This document shows, in pieces, positions 45,191-54,800 of a DNA stretch of 64,000 nucleotides. Made by a program: the position numbers and the translations under genes. The DNA comes from a virus: the IMG/VR virus record IMGVR_UViG_3300008738_000302; one strand, written 5' to 3'. The stretch's first letter is position 1; every line of letters begins with the position of its first letter. Under the pieces are notes generated by a model. It made no database searches and was not told the DNA's origin. It saw only the letters and a list, made by a program, of their open reading frames with translations.

Positions 45191-45814
45191 ATGATTAAGA
45201 AAATTTTATTGGCTTTATCTATGATGTTTGTATTCAGTTGTGAATTATTTGAAGAAGTAGATGAACCTACAATGAAATTGTGGCTCGATGGTGTTGAAAT
45301 AGATGTTGAAGCAGAATATAAACAAATAACAACTTATGGTGAAGAAGTTGAATATTTTAATGATGGGGATAGTACTACATATAAGAAAAAGATATTAGTC
45401 ATCCACTTTCAAAAAGATGCTGGTAGAGTAGAATTGAATAAAGAACATTATGCTGTAGTGTTTACAGATTGGGAAGGTGATGCATCAAATGGTCAACCTA
45501 TTGATTTGGGTAGTTATGTTTGGCCGAGTGTATGTCCAGTATGTCCAAGAAAATGTATTCATGGAGCAGAAAGTAAATGGGTAAGAATGGAAATCCCTGG
45601 AGATGGTGATATATCTATTTCAGGAACAGCACATATAGATGATATTACTCCAGTGATATCTGTAAATTATGATTGGGTAATAAGTGGTGAAGGTGAAGGA
45701 ACATTTTATAATCCATTTGCAGAAGCTAATATGCACGGTAAGATAGAATTTACTGATTTGAGAGTATCTTCAAATTCAGAAGATTCACCTTATTACAATT
45801 ACGGTGGGAGATAA
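45191..45814 (+). CDS. Lipoprotein
   Basis: MIKKILLALSMMFVFSC lipobox-like; GAGG RBS; CPVCPRKC motif. Confidence 0.6.
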   Translation: MIKKILLALSMMFVFSCELFEEVDEPTMKLWLDGVEIDVEAEYKQITTYGEEVEYFNDGDSTTYKKKILVIHFQKDAGRVELNKEHYAVVFTDWEGDASNGQPIDLGSYVWPSVCPVCPRKCIHGAESKWVRMEIPGDGDISISGTAHIDDITPVISVNYDWVISGEGEGTFYNPFAEANMHGKIEFTDLRVSSNSEDSPYYNYGGR

Positions 45815-45817
45815 TAA

Positions 45818-46369
45818 ATGTACGGAATGATAAATAAGGCAATAAGAACCTTAGTTATACGAGAAGCAGGAGAAGAGGTTTGGGATCAAGTACTTGAAAC
45901 TTCTGGAATAGACGAAGATGTTTATGAGGATTTAGAAGGATATGATGATGGAGTAACATTCTCATTAGTTGGAGCAGTTTCAGAAACATTAGGAGTTCCA
46001 CCTGGAGATGTGTTAGAAATGTTCGGTGTTTATTGGGCTACAGATGTAGCACCAAAAGGATACGGAGAATATTTCAACGCGTTTGGGAATGACTTTAAGA
46101 GTTTCGTAGCAGGTTTAGATGAAATGCACGTAAGGATTACAAGTATGTTACCAAGTTTAGTTCCACCTGCATTTAGTATAGAAGAATTGGAAGAAGATCA
46201 TTTCAAGATACATTATGTATCACAACGAGATGGATTAGCACCATTAGCAGTGGGTATGTTAAAGGGAATTGCTCAACACTTTGGTGGAGAGGCAGACATA
46301 ACACAAATAGAATATAAAGGTACTGATGACCATGATGTGTTTGAGGTACGATTTAAAGAGAATGAATAA
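45818..46369 (+). CDS. H-NOX (heme nitric-oxide/oxygen binding) protein
   Basis: MYG N-terminus, proximal His104 (LDEMH), PPAF (Pro117), heme-binding Y133-x-S135-x-R137, GL...G.LKG. Confidence 0.92.
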   Translation: MYGMINKAIRTLVIREAGEEVWDQVLETSGIDEDVYEDLEGYDDGVTFSLVGAVSETLGVPPGDVLEMFGVYWATDVAPKGYGEYFNAFGNDFKSFVAGLDEMHVRITSMLPSLVPPAFSIEELEEDHFKIHYVSQRDGLAPLAVGMLKGIAQHFGGEADITQIEYKGTDDHDVFEVRFKENE

Positions 46370-47037
46370 TGGCATTAAATGGACATAGATTAGGTGAAAT
46401 ATTATTAGAAGGTGATGTTTTAACTAAAAGACAACTCAACAAAGCTCTTGCTATGCAAACAGCAGGTGATAAAAGAAAGTTGGGTGAAATCTTAGTTGAT
46501 TTAGGATATATTACTGTTGAGGATATTACTGATGTTATGATGGAGCAAGCCAAAAAGGTTAAGGTAGAAAGTGAAAAATCAAAAAGAGATTTTGTATTAC
46601 AACAACAAATTCTTAAACAGAAAACAAAACCTAAATTAAAACCAGCTGCACCAACACCAGCTGCACCGACATCACAACCAAAACCAATAGATATAAGTGA
46701 AGATGCGGTAATGAAAACAAAGTTTGCATTAGATGTTAAAACTATGATTAGTGCAGCAGTTGGTATTGCATCATTAGTTGGTATGTGGTATGCATTACAA
46801 GCAGATATTCAAGAAGCAAAAGAACTTCCAAGTTTAGAAACTTTATATCAAGAAGAATATCCATCAAGACCAGAAGGATACAATTGGCCAAGGTCTTACG
46901 AACAATATAAAGATAATGTCGAAGGTTTACAAGATGAAATGGATGATGCTTACGGAAGAATAGAAGAACTTGAAGAGATTATCAAAGAATTGCAACAAGA
47001 CATAAAATCACTTGAGCGAAGAAAGAGGGATAAATAG
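46369..47037 (+). CDS. MshEN-domain (c-di-GMP-binding) single-pass membrane protein with C-terminal coiled coil
   Basis: Two 24-aa repeats RLGEILLEGDVLTKRQLNKALAMQ and KLGEILVDLGYITVEDITDVMMEQ; PAAPTPAAPT linker; TM ISAAVGIASLVGMWYAL; coiled coil. Confidence 0.75.
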   Translation: MALNGHRLGEILLEGDVLTKRQLNKALAMQTAGDKRKLGEILVDLGYITVEDITDVMMEQAKKVKVESEKSKRDFVLQQQILKQKTKPKLKPAAPTPAAPTSQPKPIDISEDAVMKTKFALDVKTMISAAVGIASLVGMWYALQADIQEAKELPSLETLYQEEYPSRPEGYNWPRSYEQYKDNVEGLQDEMDDAYGRIEELEEIIKELQQDIKSLERRKRDK

Positions 47038-47039
47038 TT

Positions 47040-47480
47040 ATGAATAGGTCAAAATTAATTAAGTTGAGTTTTAAATTATTATGTATTGTGGGATTGTCAT
47101 TTATATTATGTGGAAATGTTGTAAATGGTCAAGACAAAAAACCAAAGGTAGAGATTATCAATGATGATAACTTTAAGAAAAAAGTGGCAAAGGGATTTGT
47201 TCTTATTAAATTTACAGCTCCATATCAAATGGCTAAACTTGATAATAAATTATTTGATGGTGTAAAGGGATTTGAAGGATGTGTTATTTATATAGTTGAC
47301 AATTCAGAAGTTAAAAAAGTGGTTAAGAAACTTAGAATACGAAATTATCCATCAATTGCGTTATTCCATAACGGAAAAAAGAAAGAAGTTTGGAAGGCTG
47401 ATATGGATGGTGTTGTGGATATTAATAATAAAGGAATTAAAAAGGCAATATCAGATGCAATGGCAGGAGATGTATTCTAA
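47040..47480 (+). CDS. Exported thioredoxin-fold protein lacking CxxC
   Basis: Signal peptide; VEIINDDNFKKKV..GFVLIKFTAPY (no WCxxC); IRNYPSIALFHNGK. Confidence 0.65.
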   Translation: MNRSKLIKLSFKLLCIVGLSFILCGNVVNGQDKKPKVEIINDDNFKKKVAKGFVLIKFTAPYQMAKLDNKLFDGVKGFEGCVIYIVDNSEVKKVVKKLRIRNYPSIALFHNGKKKEVWKADMDGVVDINNKGIKKAISDAMAGDVF

Positions 47481-47632
47481 TGCCAAACAGAAAAGCAAAA
47501 GATAGAAAAAGAAAAAGAATGCTTCTTAATAAGAAGTTGGCTACTGAAGGTAGAACTGCAGTTCAACATAAAAAATATTTAGCTAAACAAGCTGAAAAAG
47601 GTACACAATTACCTGTATGGGGAAGACGATAA
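47480..47632 (+). CDS. Small basic protein (50 aa), not in ORF track
   Basis: MPNRKAKDRKRKRMLLNKK...VWGRR*; TAATG coupling at both ends. Confidence 0.55.
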   Translation: MPNRKAKDRKRKRMLLNKKLATEGRTAVQHKKYLAKQAEKGTQLPVWGRR

Positions 47633-47967
47633 TGATTAAATTAAAAAACATAATAATGGAACGAGTGAGTCCAACTATAGTACGAAAAGTTATGCAGTTT
47701 AGTAATCCTAAATTTATAGAGGCTGAATATATTCTAACACGTGCTACACCACCTAGAAAAGAAAAAGAAAAATTTAAAGTTAAGAAAACATATGAAAATG
47801 ATAGTTTTTATTTTATAAATGTAGGTAGAGTAAAATCAAGACCAAAAGAATTTAATAATTTTGAGTTTGTAATAGATAAAAAGAAACTTAATATTAGGTT
47901 TAGAGCTAAAATGGGAATGATGCCAAATCAACTATCTGATAAAATTTTAAGTATTAAAGTGAGATAA
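47632..47967 (+). CDS. Basic protein with MIKLK...E N-terminal motif (candidate internal head protein)
   Basis: Start 47632 gives MIKLKNIIME. Confidence 0.5.
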   Translation: MIKLKNIIMERVSPTIVRKVMQFSNPKFIEAEYILTRATPPRKEKEKFKVKKTYENDSFYFINVGRVKSRPKEFNNFEFVIDKKKLNIRFRAKMGMMPNQLSDKILSIKVR

Positions 47968-47968
47968 A

Positions 47969-48241
47969 ATGATTAAGTTAAAAAAATTATTAGAAAGAAA
48001 CTCTGTTAAAATAGAAAAGTTAGATGATACTTTTACTGCACATATGAAAGTAATAAAAAGTGGTCATGGTGGACAAGCTGAAGCAGATTTTCATAAGTTG
48101 GAAAGAGCGGTTTCTAAAACTAAAGATAGATTAATAATAAGAAAATTTCAAGAATTTAAAAAAGCTCGTAAAAAAGCAGGATATGCAGGATCTATATTAA
48201 CAAGAGCAATAAATATGCAAAAAGATGTGTGGAACAGATGA
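47969..48241 (+). CDS. Basic protein with MIKLK...E N-terminal motif
   Basis: MIKLKKLLE. Confidence 0.5.
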   Translation: MIKLKKLLERNSVKIEKLDDTFTAHMKVIKSGHGGQAEADFHKLERAVSKTKDRLIIRKFQEFKKARKKAGYAGSILTRAINMQKDVWNR

Positions 48242-48804
48242 GTAAATTAGCAAATTTGTTAGAGGATATAAATATTCCTGTAAAAGTTGGTGATACTATT
48301 CTTACAGGTAGATTCAAAAATAAAAAAACTGTAATTAAAAAGATTGGTAAAGATGAACATGGAATGCCAACTATTAATGGTAGAAAGGTTGTTACCTTTA
48401 GAATGGGTAAGAAAGCTAATGTTTTTAATAAAGAAAATATTACTATTAATGAGAGAGTTGATTTTTTAGATAATGCTCAACAAATTGTTAATAAGCAAGG
48501 ACTTAAATCAAAAGTTAAATTTGGAAAAGGTCCTAATAGAGGTGATTATGATTGGAATAAAGATATTATATATTTAAAACGATCTTATAAAAGTTATAAA
48601 GAGTTCATCACTACTGTATTTCATGAGATAGATCATGCTAAAGATAGAAAAAAATATGGTGCAAAAAAATTCGAAAAACTATATCAGAAGGCTGGAGACT
48701 TAGCAGTTCATTATGGAAAAGACTTTCATGATGATAATAAGTTTGAAGAGAAGGCTGAAAGATATGGTAGAAGCATGGCAAGTAAATTTATAAAAAAAAG
48801 TTGA
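48238..48804 (+). CDS. Basic protein with MSKLANLLE leader and HExxH motif
   Basis: KOW-like IPVKVGDTILTGRFKNK; TVFHEIDHA. Confidence 0.55.
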   Translation: MSKLANLLEDINIPVKVGDTILTGRFKNKKTVIKKIGKDEHGMPTINGRKVVTFRMGKKANVFNKENITINERVDFLDNAQQIVNKQGLKSKVKFGKGPNRGDYDWNKDIIYLKRSYKSYKEFITTVFHEIDHAKDRKKYGAKKFEKLYQKAGDLAVHYGKDFHDDNKFEEKAERYGRSMASKFIKKS

Positions 48805-48975
48805 CATTTTTTAATTTGTAATTGATATATATTACTACTGATAGTAACGTTACGATATATGGAAAGAGTTTTTAATCTGAGTGTTCAGACCAATTCCCTT
48901 TTGCCTATAATCAAATCATAATGTTATTACCTGGTAAGTTTAAAAGATCAAAAGATCAAAGCTTTTAAAGATCAA
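48801..48975. promoter_or_regulatory. Intergenic control region with promoter-like boxes, palindromes and AAAGATCA repeats
   Basis: TTGACA 48801; TG-a-TATATA 48823-48831; GTAACGTTAC 48844-48853; hairpin 48861-48905; TTACC-T-GGTAA 48927-48937; AAAGATCA at 48943, 48951 and 48967. Confidence 0.4.
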
Positions 48976-49308
48976 ATGAAAACAAGATCAAGAAAAAACA
49001 AAGGTAAAAGACTTCAAAACGAATTCCGAAATCTTTTATTAGAGACATTCAAACAATTAGAACCCGATGACATTCGTTCAGCAATAATGGGAGAATCGGG
49101 TGAAGATATCAAATTATCACCAGCAGCTCGTAAACTCATTCCATATTCATTCGAATGTAAGAATCAAGAAAAACTTAATATATGGGAAGCATTATCTCAA
49201 GCTGAAGAAAATAGTGGTATTTCATCTCCTGTTTTGATATTTAAAAGAAACAGGAGTAAGACATACGCAGTTTTAGAAATAAAGGATTTTATAGACCTTA
49301 TTAAATGA
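48976..49308 (+). CDS. Holliday-junction-resolvase-like PD-(D/E)xK nuclease
   Basis: KGKRLQNEFR, GESGEDI, FECKNQEKLNIW, PVLIFKRNRS. Confidence 0.7.
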   Translation: MKTRSRKNKGKRLQNEFRNLLLETFKQLEPDDIRSAIMGESGEDIKLSPAARKLIPYSFECKNQEKLNIWEALSQAEENSGISSPVLIFKRNRSKTYAVLEIKDFIDLIK

Positions 49309-50240
49309 GTCAAAAGCTATTAAATTTACTGTCTAGGGTTTTAAATAGTGAAGCAAGAAAAACAGGACAACAAGACGAATATCTGTTTTGGTCTCCTTTT
49401 ATAACCCACCATAAACCGAAATTACAACTTAACACAAAAACTTATAAGTGGCATTGTTGGGTTTCAGATCAAGGTGGATATAATTTTTATCAATTATTCA
49501 AAAAGATTGGTGCTTTACAGAAACACTTTGATGAATTGCGTGATATTGTTGGTAAACCTTCATATAAACGACAAAGTTATAAAACCGACGTTTCTAAAAA
49601 AGAAGTTAAAATAGAATTACCAAAAGAATTTATTCCATTAAGTAATGGTTCAAATAAAGATCCAGAATATAAAAATGCTGTGAGATATTTGAAACGAAGA
49701 GATATCACAAAAAGAGAAATATTGAAATATAATATTGGTTATTGTGAGGAAGGTTTATATAGATATAGAATTATAATTCCATCTTATGATAAAGATAATG
49801 AATTAAATTATTATGTTGGAAGAGATTATTATGATGGAACTATGAAATATAAAAATCCAAGAGTGAGTAAAGATGTAGTTGGATTTGAATCTATGGTTGA
49901 TTGGAATCAACCTGTTATATTATGTGAGGGTGTATTTGATGCTATAGCAATAAAAAGAAATGCTATTCCATTATTCGGTAAAACCTTACCACCAAAATTA
50001 TTAAAAAGATTTATTGAACATAAAGTGAAAAGTGTTTATTTGATTTTAGATTCAGACGCTTTTAAAAATAGTATTAAAATTGTGAATAAATTAAAATCTA
50101 TTGAAGTTGAAGTACATTTAATAAGATTGGAAGATAAAGATCCAAGTGAACTTGGTTTTGAAAAAACTATGAATCTTATAAAACAAACAGATACACCATT
50201 ATCGTTTTCAGATTTAATGAAACTTAGATTGGGTGCTTAG
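49305..50240 (+). CDS. DNA primase (Toprim)
   Basis: RIIIPSYD...YYVGR, KYKNP, ILCEGVFDAIAI, LILDSDA, DKDP. Confidence 0.8.
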   Translation: MSQKLLNLLSRVLNSEARKTGQQDEYLFWSPFITHHKPKLQLNTKTYKWHCWVSDQGGYNFYQLFKKIGALQKHFDELRDIVGKPSYKRQSYKTDVSKKEVKIELPKEFIPLSNGSNKDPEYKNAVRYLKRRDITKREILKYNIGYCEEGLYRYRIIIPSYDKDNELNYYVGRDYYDGTMKYKNPRVSKDVVGFESMVDWNQPVILCEGVFDAIAIKRNAIPLFGKTLPPKLLKRFIEHKVKSVYLILDSDAFKNSIKIVNKLKSIEVEVHLIRLEDKDPSELGFEKTMNLIKQTDTPLSFSDLMKLRLGA

Positions 50241-51574
50241 TGAACATATACGATTTTTCAAAACAAAAAGATGTTGATAAGGAATACAAGTATAAAATTC
50301 TTGTATATCCAAACATTACTTATATGCAAGATTTGGAAAAGGATTCGTATGTAGTAGTTTTACGTAATGTTATAAAAGAATTAAACAAGATTCGAGATGA
50401 TATTCATTGGACTATCTTATCACCTACTGAAATACAATCATTAGTATTTGAAAATACAACTCAGATACCTATAAATCTTCCATCATATCCAAACGCTATG
50501 AGAACACATTTTAATTTTACAGAAATCAAAAATGTATTAAAATGGAAGTCTACTGATTATGATGTTTTATATTCTCATCTTCCCGAACATACTGATCAGT
50601 TAGTAAATCTATTTCATAATAATACAAATCTAACACCGAAAGTAGTTGGGTATTGTCATTGGTATGAAGTTCCAGAAAATACTGCTTATAATAAAACTAT
50701 GTTGATGGCAAACTTTGCAGGTATGTTACGTATGGATGAGTGTGGTGTTAATTCTGAATGGTTAAAGAGTCTTGTGTTAGAAAAAGCAAGTGATGTTTAT
50801 CAAGATACCTATGTTAATATGTTAAAAGATATTATACAACCACATTATTTAGGTATTGATAAAGTAGATATGAAATCTAAACCAAAAGGTAAGAGTATTA
50901 TATTCAATCATAGAGATAATGAATATACAGGATTTAGGTGGTTTATTAAACAGATGGATAAGCTGTATGAAAAACGACAAGACTTTACAGTATACACAAC
51001 ATTAGCAGATATAAATAGACCATATGCTAATAGAATGAGAATACATAGTAGAGACGAGTATTTAAAGTTTTTAAAGACTATGAGAGTGGGTGTAGGTTGT
51101 TTTAATAAGTACTCAGCGTGGAGTATAGCTACGACAGATTCATTGAGCATGGGTGTTCCATATGTGTTACCAAACAAGTTATGTTATCCTGAGATGGTTG
51201 GTAAAGACTATCCGTTGTTGTATGATAATGATTTTTTAGATAAGATAGAAAAAGTTTTAGATAGTGATAATGCTAGAGATAATGTAGTTAATTATCTTAA
51301 AAAAGATATAGAAACTTTTAAATGGGAATCAAGAGTTCCAACTTGGTTTAATAATTGGAAGTTTTTAGAACCAAATAGTTTTGATATGATTGGTGATGGT
51401 AGCGAATCATATAAAAAAATAGTAGATTATATACACAAAGAAAATTCAGTTACTAAAAAACAAATATTGGAATATATGGGTTGGGGTGTTAGAATTTCAT
51501 TTAATTCATATAGAAATAGGCTTAGAACTGAAAAAACCATTAAATTTACAAAGGATAGATATGAAGTTATATAA
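50240..51574 (+). CDS. GT-B glycosyltransferase (possibly DNA-modifying) with C-terminal HTH-like extension
   Basis: IIFNHR, WSIATTDSLSMGVPYVLP...YPEM (GT4-like core); lies between the primase and SbcCD genes. Confidence 0.65.
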   Translation: MNIYDFSKQKDVDKEYKYKILVYPNITYMQDLEKDSYVVVLRNVIKELNKIRDDIHWTILSPTEIQSLVFENTTQIPINLPSYPNAMRTHFNFTEIKNVLKWKSTDYDVLYSHLPEHTDQLVNLFHNNTNLTPKVVGYCHWYEVPENTAYNKTMLMANFAGMLRMDECGVNSEWLKSLVLEKASDVYQDTYVNMLKDIIQPHYLGIDKVDMKSKPKGKSIIFNHRDNEYTGFRWFIKQMDKLYEKRQDFTVYTTLADINRPYANRMRIHSRDEYLKFLKTMRVGVGCFNKYSAWSIATTDSLSMGVPYVLPNKLCYPEMVGKDYPLLYDNDFLDKIEKVLDSDNARDNVVNYLKKDIETFKWESRVPTWFNNWKFLEPNSFDMIGDGSESYKKIVDYIHKENSVTKKQILEYMGWGVRISFNSYRNRLRTEKTIKFTKDRYEVI

Positions 51575-51622
51575 TAAAATTATACCAAGTACATATATAT
51601 TACAAAATAGGGAGAAATATAT

Positions 51623-51847
51623 ATGTCTAACGATATTTGGGAATTTGGGGAAGGATATCATAAGGTTCATACGGAATCTATTGATGTTGCCAAAAAAATT
51701 GCCAAAATATGTAATACTGACAGTTCTACCGAATACGTTAAAGATGGAAACGTCTTTGCTTGGGACTTTGTAGTCGAAGATTCTTTACTTCCAAAAGTTA
51801 AGAAAATCGTAAGAGGACATATTGCAGCTAAAAGTTCCGTTTCGTAA
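51623..51847 (+). CDS. Hypothetical protein
   Basis: GGGAG RBS; short ORF. Confidence 0.55.
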   Translation: MSNDIWEFGEGYHKVHTESIDVAKKIAKICNTDSSTEYVKDGNVFAWDFVVEDSLLPKVKKIVRGHIAAKSSVS

Positions 51848-54800
51848 GCTAAAGTATATACATCACATATCGGATATACAAATCCGAAATCTTAAAAGAC
51901 ATAAAGAATATGAAATAGTCTTTAATCGTCTTTATGAAAAGATAAAAGAAAATAGTGATAATGCAGTAGCATATATTGGTGGCGATATAGCGCACTCTAA
52001 ATGTGATATGTCTCCTGAGTTAGTAGACCAATTATCAAGGTTATTCAAGAATCTTTCTGATATTGTTCCTACTATTATTATTGCGGGTAATCATGATTGT
52101 AATCTAAACAATCGTTCACGTCTTGATGTTCTAACACCTATAGTTAATAATCTTAATCATCCAAATTTACATTACTTAAAAGATACAGGTATATATAAAT
52201 GTGCAGATACTTCATTTGTAGTATGGGATTGTTGGACAAATGAAAAAGATTTTATAGAAGCTAAAGATGTAGAAGGTGATACTAAAGTAGTTTTATTTCA
52301 TGGAACGGTAGACAAAGCAGAAACAGATTTAGGTTTTAAATTACCCTCTGATGTACATATAAAAAAGTTTAAAGGTTATGATTTAGGATTACTTGGTGAT
52401 ATTCATAAACGCCAATTTATTAACAAAGAAGAAACTATTGCATATTGTGGTTCTTTAGTTCAACAAAATCATGGAGAAGATATTGGTAAAGGTTATTTAC
52501 TTTGGGATGTTCCAAATAGAAAATCAGAGTATATTGAAATACCAAATGATTTTGGATATTATACAATAAACATTGACAATGGAAAACTACCAACAGATTT
52601 ACATGATCTTCCAAAGAAAGCTAGATTAAGAGTAAGGGTTTCTAATACATCAGGAACACAACTTAAAAAATGTTTAGCAGTAATACAACACAAGCATGGT
52701 ATACAAGAAGTAGTAGTTAATAGAACAGATATATTAACTGATAGAGTTAGAGATGGCAATAAATTAGATTTAGGTGATGTAAATAATCCTGATTTTCAAT
52801 ATGAAATGATTGAAGAATATCTTAATAATAATTTTTTAGTTGATAATGAAACACTTAAAAAAATAAAAGATATTAATGATGAATTAAATGGTTCTTTACC
52901 TATAGATAATATAACAAGAAATGTAGATTGGGTACTTAAACGATTTGAATTTTCTAATATGTTTAGTTATGGTGAAGATAACATAGTAGACTTTACTGCA
53001 TTAAATGGTACGATTGGTTTGTTTGCTGCAAATGCAAGTGGTAAATCATCTTTATTAGATGCATTATGTTTTTGTTTATTTGATACATCAACAAGAACTT
53101 ATACTGCAAATTCAGTTTTAAATAATAAAAGAAAGTCTTTTAAATGTAAAGTGTGGTTTGAAGTTAATAATCAAGAGTATGTAATTGAGAGAATAGCAAA
53201 GAAAAAAAGAAATGGTCATGTGAAAGTTAATGTAGATTTTTATACAATTGATGATAGTGGTGATCTAATTTCACTTAATGGAGATCAAAGAAGAACAACT
53301 AATTTAAATATTCGACAAGTTGTAGGAACATTTGATGATTTTATATTAACAACTCTTTCAGCACAAAATGCAAATACTGTTTTTATAGATAAAACTCAAA
53401 AAGAAAGAAAAGAATTACTTGCTCAGTTTATGGGATTGGGTATTTTTGATAAATTATATACTATGGCAAATGAAGAGATATCTGAAGTTCAAGCAGTATT
53501 AAAAAACTTTAGTAAAACAAATTATGATGAACAACTTGCTGATGCAGAAAATCAAATTGTAATATTAAAAGATGATTTAAAACAAAAAAGAAGTAATTAT
53601 AGGGAAATAGAAAAGAAAGTACATAAGTTACAAGAAGGAATATTAAATAAAAGTAAAAAAATTAGACCAATAGATGAAACTTTAACTGATATAAATCTTT
53701 TACAATCTGAATTAAAAGATAATCAAGAATTACACACACAAACTCAAATTTTATTTCAAGAGGCTTTACATCAAATTTCTCATATTGAGGAAACCAAAGA
53801 ATTTACTATTAAACAATTAGAAGAATTAAAAAAAGAAAATGTATTACAGAAATATAGTGAATTAGAATCTTTTAAATATGATTATGAACAAATTAATATT
53901 GATATAGAAAATTTGAAAAAAGAAGTTAAACATAAGTTAGATAAGATTAGAAAGCTTGGTGATTTAGAATACGATCCTGATTGTAAATTTTGTATGAATA
54001 ATGTCTTTGTGAAAGATGCAAGAGAAACAAAAAAATTATTACAAGAAGATAAAGTTAAATCAGGTAAATTAATATCAAAAATAAATCAGTTAGACTCTCA
54101 AATAAAAGATTATGAACCGATTGAAAAAAAGAAAGAACAATATGATAAGTGTGGAGAATTATTTGAACAATTAAATAATGAATTAACAACAATTGAAGTA
54201 AAGAGAGATCATTTAGGAGAAAAGACTTCTTATCTTGATGAAAAAATTGAAAATGTACAAGAGAATATTCAAAAATATTATGGACAAGAGAAAGATATTA
54301 TTTTTAATAATACAATAAAAACAGAAATTGAAGTATTAGAAACTAAACTTGATACGGAAAGTTTAGAATTAAAAGGTGCAGATAAAAAATTAAAAGAAAC
54401 AGAGATAGAACTTAAAGTTTCAGAGAATCAAAAGAAAGAAATTATTAAGTTTATAGAAGAAGTTCAAGAATTAGAAGAAAAGCATGGAGCATATAAATAC
54501 TATCTTGAAGCAGTTAAAAGAGATGGTGTTCCATATGAGTTAATTAGTAAAGCATTACCTGCTATTGAGGGTGAGGTAAATAATATACTATCACAGTTAG
54601 TTGATTTCACAATGACTTTTGAAATGGATGGTAAAAATATTAATAACTATATTGTATATGATACAGACAATACTTGGCCTCTTGATTTGAGTAGTGGTAT
54701 GGAACGATTTATATCATCACTTGCTATTCGTGTAGGATTAATAAACGTATCTAACTTACCAAGAGGTAACTTCCTTGCTATTGACGAGGGCTGGGGAACG

